Shown: piece after piece, positions 19,295 to 29,762 of the stretch
Position numbering within the stretch: position 1 is the stretch's first letter
Layout of the letters: every line of letters begins with the position of its first letter
From: an uncultured Spirochaetota bacterium
Lineage (GTDB): Bacteria; Spirochaetota; Spirochaetia; SZUA-6; CAVTHK01
DNA length: 64,000 nucleotides
NCBI GenBank assembly: GCA_963734495.1
Contig: CAVTHK010000002.1
Location: 64,001 to 128,000 of the forward strand
Direction: 5' to 3'
The notes under the pieces: generated by a model
What the model saw: the letters and a program-made list of their open reading frames with translations, nothing else
Database searches by the model: none
What the model was told of the DNA's origin: nothing
Position numbers and translations under genes: made by a program

Positions 19295-20245
19295 GTGGCT
19301 GTTCTGATCACGGGCGGTGCGGGATTCATCGGCGCGGCGCTCGCCGAGCGTTTTCTCGGCCAGGGCTACGAGGTCCTCGCGTTCGACGCCGTCGACCCGC
19401 GTGAGCCGGTCGCTCGCCGCTGGGGCGGCAAGGTGACATTCGTCAAGGGCGACATCCGCGACCGCAAGCTGATCGCCTCGCTCGTCGAGCGTTCGGGCCG
19501 GAAGGACCCGATCGTGCACCTGGCGGGGATGCTCACGGCCGGGTGCGACCGTGACCCCGAGGCGGCCATGGCGGTCAACGTCGGCGGCTGCTTCAACGTC
19601 CTCGAGGGCGCGCGCGAGAACGGGCTGCGCAGGGTCGTGCTGGCCAGCACGATCGGCGTGTACGGAAGGGGCCTGCCGCAGCCCATCGAGGAAACCATGG
19701 CGACCGAGCCGGACGGCTGGTACGGGCTGACCAAGGTCATGTGCGAGCAGCTCGGGCTGCTCTACAACCGGCGGCACGGGCTCGACTTCCGCGCCACGCG
19801 CTTTGCGGCCGTCACGGGCGCCGGGCGGGTCGCTGTCGGGTCCGCGAGCCTCTTCACGTCGCTGATCCCCGAGCGGGCCGCCCTCGGTCAGCCCTACGAC
19901 ATCGAGGTCTCCGAGGACACGAGCTACCCCGTCGTCTATCTCAAGGACGCAGTGGAGGCGCTGTACTGCCTCGCCACCGCCAGGGAGGCGCCGCGGCGCA
20001 TCTACAACGTGGCCTCGGGCAACGTCGTCGTTTCCGAGATGATCGCCTACATAAGAAGGTCATCCCCGGCGCGAAGCTTCACCTTCAAGCCAGACCCCGT
20101 GATCATGCAGGTGGTGAGCGGCTACAAGGAGTGGGAGATCAGCTGCAAGCGCATCGCGGAGGACCTGGGCTGGAAGCCGGCCTACGCCGTGCGCGCGATG
20201 GTCGACGACATCGTCGCCACCGCGCGCGCCGGCGCGGCGGGCTGA
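19295..20245 (+). CDS. NAD-dependent epimerase/dehydratase (extended SDR)
   Basis: LITGGAGFIG; YGLTK (YxxxK); probable compensating indel pair at about 20050-20080. Confidence 0.88.
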   Translation: MAVLITGGAGFIGAALAERFLGQGYEVLAFDAVDPREPVARRWGGKVTFVKGDIRDRKLIASLVERSGRKDPIVHLAGMLTAGCDRDPEAAMAVNVGGCFNVLEGARENGLRRVVLASTIGVYGRGLPQPIEETMATEPDGWYGLTKVMCEQLGLLYNRRHGLDFRATRFAAVTGAGRVAVGSASLFTSLIPERAALGQPYDIEVSEDTSYPVVYLKDAVEALYCLATAREAPRRIYNVASGNVVVSEMIAYIRRSSPARSFTFKPDPVIMQVVSGYKEWEISCKRIAEDLGWKPAYAVRAMVDDIVATARAGAAG

Positions 20246-20285
20246 AGCGGTCCGCGTGCGCACGCTCGCCGCGGCAGCCCGAGGC

Positions 20286-21023
20286 CTACGGTCTCCGGGC
20301 AAGCAGGTACAGCACTTCGCCCCTGCGGGTGAGCGGGATCACCGCCTCGCGGTAGTACCCCTGGACCGCGGCCGGGTCCACCTCGATCCTCACCGTCACG
20401 TTGACCCGCGCCTGCAGCGACGCGGCTTTCTCGCCGACGCGGTCGACGATCCTGAGCTCGACCTCCGGCCGCGTGAGGCGCGCTTCGAGCGCCGCGGTGT
20501 CGCGCGCAGCGATGAGCCGGCGGTAGCCCTGCGGGTCGGAGCGGTATTTCGCCTCGGCCACGTACATGGCGCCGAAATGGATCCTCCGGCCGATCGCCTG
20601 CAGGGCATGGACGTCGTGCTCGACGCTCGAGCCGTACTGCGCGTCGTCGCCGGCCGCGCAGATGCGCGGGATGAGCGCGAGGTAGCTGGCCCGGATGTCG
20701 GCGCTCAGGTTGACCGCCTCGAGGTCGTCGATGGCCAGCTCGTGCTCCGCGAGCACCACGCGCCGCCTGGCCGCCGGAAGGCCCGCGGTAAAGGGGCGCT
20801 CCTCCGGCACCCGGAAGCGGCCGAACACGGCATCCATCTCCTCGTGGTAGCGCAGCCGGAGCTCGAAGAGGCTCTCCTCGCCCGCGCCCTCGAAGCCGCT
20901 GCGTCCCCGCTCGTACACGACCCGGTTGGCTCGAAACTGAGCCCGGTCGATGAGGCGGAGGATGATGGTCTCCTCCAGCCCTTCGAGGCGCGCCGCGATC
21001 CGGTCGAGGTCCAGCGGAGTCAT
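20286..21023 (-). CDS. Chorismate mutase, eukaryotic (Aro7-like) AroQ type
   Basis: LEETIILRLIDRAQF, GRFRVPEERPF, QYGSS..D..ALQAIGRRIHFG..VAEAKY and VIPLT..EV.YLL match the yeast/plant chorismate mutase pattern. Confidence 0.85.
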   Translation of the reverse strand: MTPLDLDRIAARLEGLEETIILRLIDRAQFRANRVVYERGRSGFEGAGEESLFELRLRYHEEMDAVFGRFRVPEERPFTAGLPAARRRVVLAEHELAIDDLEAVNLSADIRASYLALIPRICAAGDDAQYGSSVEHDVHALQAIGRRIHFGAMYVAEAKYRSDPQGYRRLIAARDTAALEARLTRPEVELRIVDRVGEKAASLQARVNVTVRIEVDPAAVQGYYREAVIPLTRRGEVLYLLARRP

Positions 21024-21101
21024 GGCCGCATTCTACGTTCGGGGTGCCCGCTCTGCAATCGCTGCTTTCCGTCCCGGCCGCGCTCTCCGTATCTTGTCCG
21101 C

Positions 21102-21795
21102 ATGACGCTCCGCATCGGGACCAGCGGCTACAGCTACAAGGAATGGAAGGGGACCTTCTACCCCGAGTCCCTCAAGGCCAACGAGATGCTGGCGTTCTAC
21201 GCGCAGCGGCTCGGCACGGTGGAGATCAACAACACCTTCTACCGCATGCCGACGCGAGCCCTGCTCGAGGGCTGGAGCCTCCCGGGTTCCCGACGGGTTC
21301 CGCTTCGTTCTCAAGGTCGCGCAGAAGATCACGCACTTCAAGCGCCTGAAGGGAGCGGAGGAGGAGACCGCCTATCTCGTCGAGACCGCGGGCGTGATGG
21401 GCGCCAAGCTCGGCGCGCTGCTCGTGCAGCTGCCCCCCAATTTCGCCAGCGCCCCCGAGCGCCTGGAGGCGTTTCTCGGGCTGCTGCCGGCTGGAATGCG
21501 CGCCGCGCTCGAGGTGCGCCACGCTTCGTGGAAGAACCCCGAAGTGCTCGCCCTGCTCGAAAAGCGGGGCGTCGCCCTCGTCACCAGCGAGACGGACGAG
21601 GGTCCCGCCCCGGAGCTGACCCGGACCGCGCCCTGGGGCTACCTGCGGCTGCGGAGGTCTTCGTACACGCCCGAGGAGCTCAAGGAGTGGTCGAAGCGCA
21701 TCGCGGGCCAGGGCTGGGACGAGGCGTTCGTCTTTTTCAAGCACGAGCAGATCGCCCCCGACCTCGCGCAGAAGCTCGCCGGGGTCGCGGCCTGA
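21102..21795 (+). CDS. DUF72 (YecE-like) protein; frameshift near 21280
   Basis: IGTSGYSYKEWKGTFYP, VEINNTFY, LLVQLPPNF, YLRLR and FVFFKHE. Confidence 0.88.
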
Positions 21796-21814
21796 GGCGG
21801 GCGCCGCGCGCGCC

Positions 21815-22675
21815 CTACACGCCGCCGTACGCGGAAAAGCCGCCGTCCACGGGTATGATCGCCCCGGTCACGAAGGCGGATGCGTCCGAGACCAGCCACA
21901 GCAGCGTGCTGATCAGGTCCTCGGGCCTGCCGAAGCGGCCGAGCGGCGTGCCGTTGAGGATGCGCTGTCCGCGCGGCGTCATCTCCCCCGTCTTCTCGTC
22001 GGTCAGCAGGAAGCGGTTCTGATGGGTGAGGAAGAAGCCCGGCGAGATCGCGTTCACCCTGATGCCCATCTTCGCGAGGTAGACCGCGAGCCACTTGGTG
22101 AGGTTGTCGGTCGCCGCTTTGCCCGCCGAGTACGCGATGGACTTGGTCAACGGCCGCACGGCCCCCATCGACGAGATGTTGACGACGCAGCCGGCCTTCT
22201 TCTCGACCATGGGGCGCAGGAAGACCTGGGTTGGAATGAAGGCTCCCACGAAGTTGAGGTCGGTGATGCCGCGGAAGGCGTCGAGCGGGATGTCGAAGAT
22301 GCTGCGCACCCCTTTCTCGAGGTCGCCGGGCTCGAGGAACTCCTTGCCGGTCGAAGCCTGAGGCGATGCGCCGCCGGCGCCGTTGACCAGCACGTCGACG
22401 GTGCCGAAGGCTTCCAGCACGCGGCCGCAGGCCGCCTCCGCGGAGCCGCGGTCGAGCACGTCGCACACGACGGCCAGCGCCTCGCCTCCGCCGGCGCGGA
22501 TGGCGGAGGCCACCTCTTCGGTGTTCTGGATGCGGCGTCCGAGCACTGCGACGCGGGCGCCGGCTTCGCCCAGGGCGCGGGCCATGGCCCCGCAGAGCAC
22601 GCCGCCGCCGCCTGTGACGGCGCACACCTTGCCCTCGACGCCGAACATCTTTCCCGCAAAGTCGTTCCCTGCCAC
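21815..22675 (-). CDS. SDR oxidoreductase (D-mannonate oxidoreductase-like)
   Basis: TGGGGVLC, VNGAGG, YSAGK, NAISPGFFLTHQNRFLL and VDGGFSAYGGV. Confidence 0.85.
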   Translation of the reverse strand: MAGNDFAGKMFGVEGKVCAVTGGGGVLCGAMARALGEAGARVAVLGRRIQNTEEVASAIRAGGGEALAVVCDVLDRGSAEAACGRVLEAFGTVDVLVNGAGGASPQASTGKEFLEPGDLEKGVRSIFDIPLDAFRGITDLNFVGAFIPTQVFLRPMVEKKAGCVVNISSMGAVRPLTKSIAYSAGKAATDNLTKWLAVYLAKMGIRVNAISPGFFLTHQNRFLLTDEKTGEMTPRGQRILNGTPLGRFGRPEDLISTLLWLVSDASAFVTGAIIPVDGGFSAYGGV

Positions 22676-22688
22676 CCGTGTCTCCCTT

Positions 22689-23456
22689 TCAGAACCCTAT
22701 CGAGATGCCGCCGTCGACCACCAGGCAGGCGCCCGTGACGAAGCGCGCCGCGGGCGAGCACAGGTAGACCGCCGCCCAGCCGACGTCCTCCGGCTGCCCC
22801 ATGGCTTTCATGGGCGTGCGCGCGAGCACCTTGGCCTTGCGCTCCGGGTCCTTGTCGACGGTGAGCTGAAGCAGCTCCGTGCGGATCCAGCCCGGGGCGA
22901 TGGCGTTGACGCGCACCCCGCGGCCCGACCACTCCGTGGCCAGGGCCCGCACAAGGCCCAGGTAGGCGCTTTTGGCTGCAGTGTAGCCGGCCACGTAGGG
23001 GATGCCGAAGAGGGAAGCCATCGAGGCGATGAACACCATGGAGCCCTTGCCCCGTTCGAGCATCCCCCGCGCCGCCTGCCGGCTCACGGCAAAGGCGCCC
23101 ATCACGTGCACGTCCAGCACCTGCCGGAACTCGGCCTCCGTCATCTCTTCGGTGGGCTTCTTGATCGTCGACCCGGCATTGTTGACCAGGATCGCGATCG
23201 GGCCGTGCTCCGCCTCCACCGAGGCGACCAGGCCCTCGGCCGAAGCCGTGTCCGTCACATCGTGCAGGCGGTAAGCTGCCCGCGGCCCGAGCTCCGCGGC
23301 CGCTTTGCGCAGCACGTCCTCCCGCCGCGCGGCCAGCACGACCTTTTTCGCTCCTGCGGCCAGAAAGGCCTGCGCGATCGCTTTTCCGATCCCCGTGCCG
23401 CCGCCCGTGATGAGAGCGACTTCGCCCTCGAGAGAGAATGCTTCAGGGTAGTTCAT
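22689..23456 (-). CDS. SDR oxidoreductase (gluconate 5-dehydrogenase-like)
   Basis: TGGGTGIG, NNAG, YTAAK and NAIAPG. Confidence 0.88.
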   Translation of the reverse strand: MNYPEAFSLEGEVALITGGGTGIGKAIAQAFLAAGAKKVVLAARREDVLRKAAAELGPRAAYRLHDVTDTASAEGLVASVEAEHGPIAILVNNAGSTIKKPTEEMTEAEFRQVLDVHVMGAFAVSRQAARGMLERGKGSMVFIASMASLFGIPYVAGYTAAKSAYLGLVRALATEWSGRGVRVNAIAPGWIRTELLQLTVDKDPERKAKVLARTPMKAMGQPEDVGWAAVYLCSPAARFVTGACLVVDGGISIGF

Positions 23457-24029
23457 CCGAGGTACTGCATGATGCCGCGGCGCACCATCATCACGCCGAT
23501 GGCGCCGAGAAAAAGGTTCGTCACCTTGCTCAGCGCCCGGGTGCCCGGCTCGCCGAGGAGAGCGATCACCCAGCGGGAGGCAAAAAAGAGGCCGCCCGTG
23601 ATCAGGAGGTTCGCGACCACTGCGACCAGCGTGATCGCGAGCCCGTGCTGTTCGAACCAGAAGAAGGGTCGTCGTGAGCAGGGCCGGCCCCGCGACGAGC
23701 GGCGTCCCTAGAGGCACAATCCCCAAGGCGTCTCCGGGAAGACGGCCGGCCTTTTCCGTCGTGAGCAGGTCCATGATCGCGATGCAGAACAGGATCGCCC
23801 CGCCGGCCACGAGAAAATCGCCGACGCTGATGCCGAGGAAGGCGAAGATGGCCCGGCCCAGAAAGAGGAACCCGATCGCCAGGCCGGCCGCCGTCGTGAT
23901 CGACTGGACGATCACCCGCCGCCTGTCCTCCGCGCTCATGTCGTGCGTGAGGGAGATGTATATGGGAAGGACCCCGATCGGATCGACGGCCACGAAAACA
24001 GGGATGAAGGCGAGCAGAAGGTTCTTCAT
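23453..24029 (-). CDS. MarC family membrane protein; frameshift near 23655
   Basis: FVAVDPIG, FLVAGGAILF and VPLGTPLVAGPA; C-terminus NLFLGAIGVMMVRRG in another frame. Confidence 0.85.
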
Positions 24030-24035
24030 GGCAAC

Positions 24036-24068
24036 AAAAAAGGGAAGCCGGCCCACGGCCGACTTCCC
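24036..24068 (-). terminator. Intrinsic terminator after groEL
   Basis: gggaagtcggcc-gtg-ggccggcttccc followed by TTTTTT on the minus strand. Confidence 0.8.
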
Positions 24069-24089
24069 TTCACCTTAACCGTTTCCGGG

Positions 24090-25733
<1,644 letters not shown>

Positions 25734-26092
25734 TCAGGATGCTCTTGAGTTACGGCCCCCGACACGGGACCTTTCGTGGGAAGAAGATACAACGAGCGGG
25801 CCGAGACGATCAAGATGGCGCGTTGCCTCGCCAGGAGACGTCCTCCACGGGCGAATCCTTGACTCCTCTTCTGCCTATGGTACCGTGGAGGGGTGAAGCT
25901 GCGCCCTGATCCTCTGCAGGGAGGGCTCCAACGGGTGCCCTCATCCGACAGCACCATCTACCGGTCCACCGGTCTGGATGCAACACTCAATCGCCGAACC
26001 CTGTCACAGGACTTCCATGGCCTCCGCGGTGAGTCAGCCCGGCAGACTGATAGCCGGGGTTCGGATGACAGCGACATGAGGAGGGAAGATCA

Positions 26093-26545
26093 ATGAAGTA
26101 CCGTTTCCATATGATCGGGCTGGCGCTCGGCGTCCTCGTGCTCGGGCTGGGTTGCGCGGTCATGCCCAAGACGGCCTCCGGGCCGGCCTTCGCAGCCGCG
26201 CAGGTCCCTGAGGGGAAGGCAGTGGTCTACTTCTTTCGGACCCAGAAGTTCATGATGAGCGCGAATACCATCTTCATGTCCATCCCCAAAGCGGCAAACA
26301 ACTGCTTTGGCATGGTCCCTGGCGGATACTATCCCTACGTTACGGAGCCGGGAAGACTCACCGTGGGCTTTGCGGCGCGGGATGGGGAAAAGGACTTTAC
26401 GATCGACCTGAAGGCGGGCGATGCCCGGTATGTGCAGGTTGATTTCAGCGACGATCTGGTTCCTGCGTCGTTCTACAAAGAGATCCCGGAAGCCGAGGCC
26501 GCTCCGAAAATGAGCAAATACCGCACGGTCAGTCCTTGCAGGTAG
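26093..26545 (+). CDS. Lipoprotein, DUF2846-like
   Basis: Lipobox LGLG-C; ASGPAF..PEGKAVVYFFR; visibly lower-GC codon usage. Confidence 0.6.
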   Translation: MKYRFHMIGLALGVLVLGLGCAVMPKTASGPAFAAAQVPEGKAVVYFFRTQKFMMSANTIFMSIPKAANNCFGMVPGGYYPYVTEPGRLTVGFAARDGEKDFTIDLKAGDARYVQVDFSDDLVPASFYKEIPEAEAAPKMSKYRTVSPCR

Positions 26546-26718
26546 GCCTCGCTGCCCGGCACAACTGACCGTCGCGACGTTGCCCGACGTAAGCGTTGAC
26601 CGGGCTGCGGCGCGGGCGTAGACTGGGCCTCCGATCGCGGCGCTGCGCGACGCGCGATGCCTTTCGCGGGGGCGAGGCAGTCGGCGTATTCTCCGGCTCG
26701 ACGGGGGCACCGTAGTCC

Positions 26719-27921
26719 ATGGCCAAGCAAGACATGGGCCTGCTTCAGCGCAGCCTCACCGCCGGAAGGATCTTCGAGGCGGTCCTGCGCCGCGACTGCT
26801 TTCTCCTCCTGGGGCACCAGAACCCTGACGACGACTGCATCGCCGCGCTCGTGGCCGTCGGGCTGCTGCTCAAGAAGCTCCACAAGCAGGTGCACGTCTA
26901 CTTCGGCGGGGACGTGCACGAGCACTTCGACTACCTCCTCTCCATCTGCCGCTACAACCAGATCGGGCTCGCAGGCCCCGGCGCCGCCTCAGGAGCCGGC
27001 GGCGATGCGGGCTCGGCGCCGCCGGAGGACTGCAGGTTCGACACGGTGATCATCTGCGACACGCCGAAGCCCGAGATGATCGACGCGCCCGCATGGGCGC
27101 TCCCGCTGCTCTCCGACCCGGGCGTGCTCCGGATCGAGATCGACCACCACCTCGGCGCGGACAGCGACTACATCGGCGACCCCGGCTATCGCCTGGTCAC
27201 CGAGGCTTCGTCGGCCTCGGAGCTCGTCGGGCGCCTCGCGCTGGTCCTGCGCCGCAGGCGCGACGTCCTGCTGCGCTACCAGATCCAGGACCCGTTCTCG
27301 CGCAACTTCGTCCTGGCGGTGCTGACGGGCATCATCGGCGACTCGAGGATGGGGCAGTACCTGAAGTCGCGGAGGGAAAGGCGCTACTACCGGCGGTTCA
27401 GCAGGATGTTCAACCGCCTGCTCAGCCGGCAGACCGTCCAGGAGTCCAATCTCGCGGACATGGAGCAGGTCTTCCGCGAGCTGCAGAAGCTCTCCGCGGG
27501 CGAGCAGAAGTGCTTCGAGTTCTTCCTGAGCCACAAGCGGCGTTCCCCGTCGGTCTCCTGGGTCGCGCTGAGCGAAGCCGACATGGCGGGCTTCGACTGC
27601 GACGTCGATACGACCGTGCAGGTGGCGCGGGCCGTCACCGACGTCCTCGCCGAGGAAAGCGGGAAGCTCGGCCTGGTCGCCTACTACGACGGGCCGCACG
27701 AAGGGGGCCTGGCCCAATTCCGGCTGCGGCGGAGCAAGGACTACAAGCTGTACGACCTGCGCGAGGTGTTGTCGTTCTTCGGCATCCGCAACGGCGGCGG
27801 GCACGAGGGCGCCATCGGGTTCCGCTTCCCCGCCCGTGAGGTGCCCGACATCGAGGCGAAGACGCGCGAGCTCATCGAGGGGATCGAGCACGTCCTGCCG
27901 TCGGAGACCGTGACCGGCTGA
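26719..27921 (+). CDS. DHH/DHHA1 family phosphoesterase
   Basis: GHQNPDDDC, ICDT, IDHH, GIIGDS and GGGHEGAIG. Confidence 0.88.
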   Translation: MAKQDMGLLQRSLTAGRIFEAVLRRDCFLLLGHQNPDDDCIAALVAVGLLLKKLHKQVHVYFGGDVHEHFDYLLSICRYNQIGLAGPGAASGAGGDAGSAPPEDCRFDTVIICDTPKPEMIDAPAWALPLLSDPGVLRIEIDHHLGADSDYIGDPGYRLVTEASSASELVGRLALVLRRRRDVLLRYQIQDPFSRNFVLAVLTGIIGDSRMGQYLKSRRERRYYRRFSRMFNRLLSRQTVQESNLADMEQVFRELQKLSAGEQKCFEFFLSHKRRSPSVSWVALSEADMAGFDCDVDTTVQVARAVTDVLAEESGKLGLVAYYDGPHEGGLAQFRLRRSKDYKLYDLREVLSFFGIRNGGGHEGAIGFRFPAREVPDIEAKTRELIEGIEHVLPSETVTG

Positions 27922-27981
27922 ATCCCGCGAGCACGCGGGACCAGGACGCCTCCGCCGCTCGGGGCCTCGCCTCCCGTGAGG

Positions 27982-28629
27982 CTACTTCGGGAATGCTCCC
28001 TTGAGGTGCCCGTTGCCGCCGGCGAGCCTGCGGGCCTCGATCGTCCGCCGCACCTTCTGCAGGACCCGCTCCAGCGTCTCGACGCCGCGCTCCAGCCGCT
28101 CGCGGGTCGAGGTCGTCTCCAGCGCCTGCTGCCTTTCCTGCGCCGAGAAGCCCTCGGCCGCCGCGATCCGGAACGACAGCTCTTCCGGCGAAAGCCTCTG
28201 CAGGCCCGTGAGGTCCGCGGGCCTCCCCAGCATCCCGGCAAGCTGCACCAGCAGCGCGGTCCCCCGCGCCGCGAGGTCCGCCGGCGGCCCTTCGCCGCTC
28301 TCGGCGGAATCTTCCAGCGGCTCGGTGAGGGCCTCGATGTACGGCTTGCCTTCGCGCAGCTCGAGGATGCGGAAACGCTTCATCCCGACGGTGATGATGT
28401 CCATCCGGCCGTCGGGATAGCGGCGCAGCACCCGCCGAACAGCCGCGGTGCATCCCACGCTCTCCGTCCGCTCGCCATCGCTCAGCACCACGCCGAACTC
28501 GCTCTCACGTTCGACGCACTCGCCGATCATGAGCTTGTAGCGTTCCTCGAAGATATGAAGTGGAAGGCTCATGCCGGGCAGGAGCACGACGCTGAGGGGA
28601 AAGAGGGGAAGAGCGGCCTCGTCGGCCAT
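27982..28629 (-). CDS. LON peptidase substrate-binding domain protein
   Basis: LPLFPLSVVLLPGMSLPLHIFEERYKLMI and YPDGRMDI. Confidence 0.9.
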   Translation of the reverse strand: MADEAALPLFPLSVVLLPGMSLPLHIFEERYKLMIGECVERESEFGVVLSDGERTESVGCTAAVRRVLRRYPDGRMDIITVGMKRFRILELREGKPYIEALTEPLEDSAESGEGPPADLAARGTALLVQLAGMLGRPADLTGLQRLSPEELSFRIAAAEGFSAQERQQALETTSTRERLERGVETLERVLQKVRRTIEARRLAGGNGHLKGAFPK

Positions 28630-28738
28630 CTTCCCTCCAGTATAGCGGCCCCCCCGCGCGGTCGCCAACAGAGGGGATGGCGCCACATCGGGCGCCGCCA
28701 GGCGCCCTGGTCCCCGGAGGTCCCGCGTACTCGCGGGA

Positions 28739-28822
28739 GATGGCGCAGGCGCCACCCAAGCGACAGGATGTCACGGGGGTGGCGCCGCCAGGGATGGCGC
28801 AGGCGCCACCCAGGCGACAGGA
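28739..28822. repeat. Two 30-bp direct repeats (REP-like, internal palindrome)
   Basis: gatggcgcaggcgccaccca[a/g]gcgacagga at 28739-28768 and 28793-28822, 1 mismatch. Confidence 0.8.
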
Positions 28823-28823
28823 C

Positions 28824-29762
28824 CTACCGGCTGACCAGCGTGCCGGCTGCCGCGAGGTCCGCGAGCCACCGCTCGATGTCGGGCGGGAGAGGCCCCAGCG
28901 GGTTGCGCTGCAGGCGCAGCGTTTTGAGCGATGCGAGCGTGGTGATCGACGCCGGCAGGCCCGCGATCCGGTTCCCGTCCAGCACCAGGTACTCCAGGGC
29001 CTCGAGGCCGCCGATGCTCTCGGGTAAACGCTCGATGCGGTTGTTCTTGCACACCAGCTCGCGCAGCTTCGTGAGCCTGCCGATTTCGGCGGGCAGCCGC
29101 TCGAGCCTGTTCTCATACAGCGACAGCTCGTCCAGGGCGACCAGCGAAGCGATGCACTCCGGAATTTCAGTAAGAAGGTTGCCGCCAAGCGTGAGCTCGC
29201 GAAGCCCGGTGAGCTCGCAGACCCAGCCCGGGACGCGGACCATGCGGTTGCCGTACAGCACGAGCCTCGTGAGGCGGCGCAGGCCGCGCACCCAGGCGGG
29301 GACGTCGGTCAGCCCGAGGCGCGACAGGTAGAGCGCTTCCAGGCGCGAGAGCTCCCCGATCCATGGGGGAAGCTCGAGCCCCGGGTTCGCGGACAGGTCC
29401 AGGCTCCTGAGGTTGCGCAGGCCGCGGATGGCGGGCGGCACTTCGGCGAGCTCCGTGCCGCCGAGGCCGAGCTCCTCGAGGTCCGGGAGGGCCCCAAGCG
29501 AATCGTCCACGCTCCGCAGCGGGTTCCCGGTGATGCGCAGCCTGCGGAGGCTGCCGAGGGCCGTCAGGCCTGCGGGGAGTCCGGTCAGGCCGGCCCCGTG
29601 GAGCTCGATCTCGGTGATCGCGCCGTCGCGCACCCGGTAGCCGAAATGATGCCAGTCGAAGGCATCGACGCGCGGCACCGGCTTCCCGATGCGGCGGGCG
29701 AGGTCGTTGAGCGCCTCACGGTCCGCCGGCGCGAGTGTCCCGCCGGCGGGCCCGTCCGTCAC
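28824..29762 (-). CDS. Leucine-rich repeat protein
   Basis: About 10 repeats of 23 aa with the pattern LxxLxLxxNxLxxLPxxIxxL. Confidence 0.93.
   Translation of the reverse strand: MTDGPAGGTLAPADREALNDLARRIGKPVPRVDAFDWHHFGYRVRDGAITEIELHGAGLTGLPAGLTALGSLRRLRITGNPLRSVDDSLGALPDLEELGLGGTELAEVPPAIRGLRNLRSLDLSANPGLELPPWIGELSRLEALYLSRLGLTDVPAWVRGLRRLTRLVLYGNRMVRVPGWVCELTGLRELTLGGNLLTEIPECIASLVALDELSLYENRLERLPAEIGRLTKLRELVCKNNRIERLPESIGGLEALEYLVLDGNRIAGLPASITTLASLKTLRLQRNPLGPLPPDIERWLADLAAAGTLVSR

Noticed and set aside
28739-28822. Mini CRISPR array
   Set aside because: Only two repeats, the spacer is related to the repeat, and there is no leader or cas gene.
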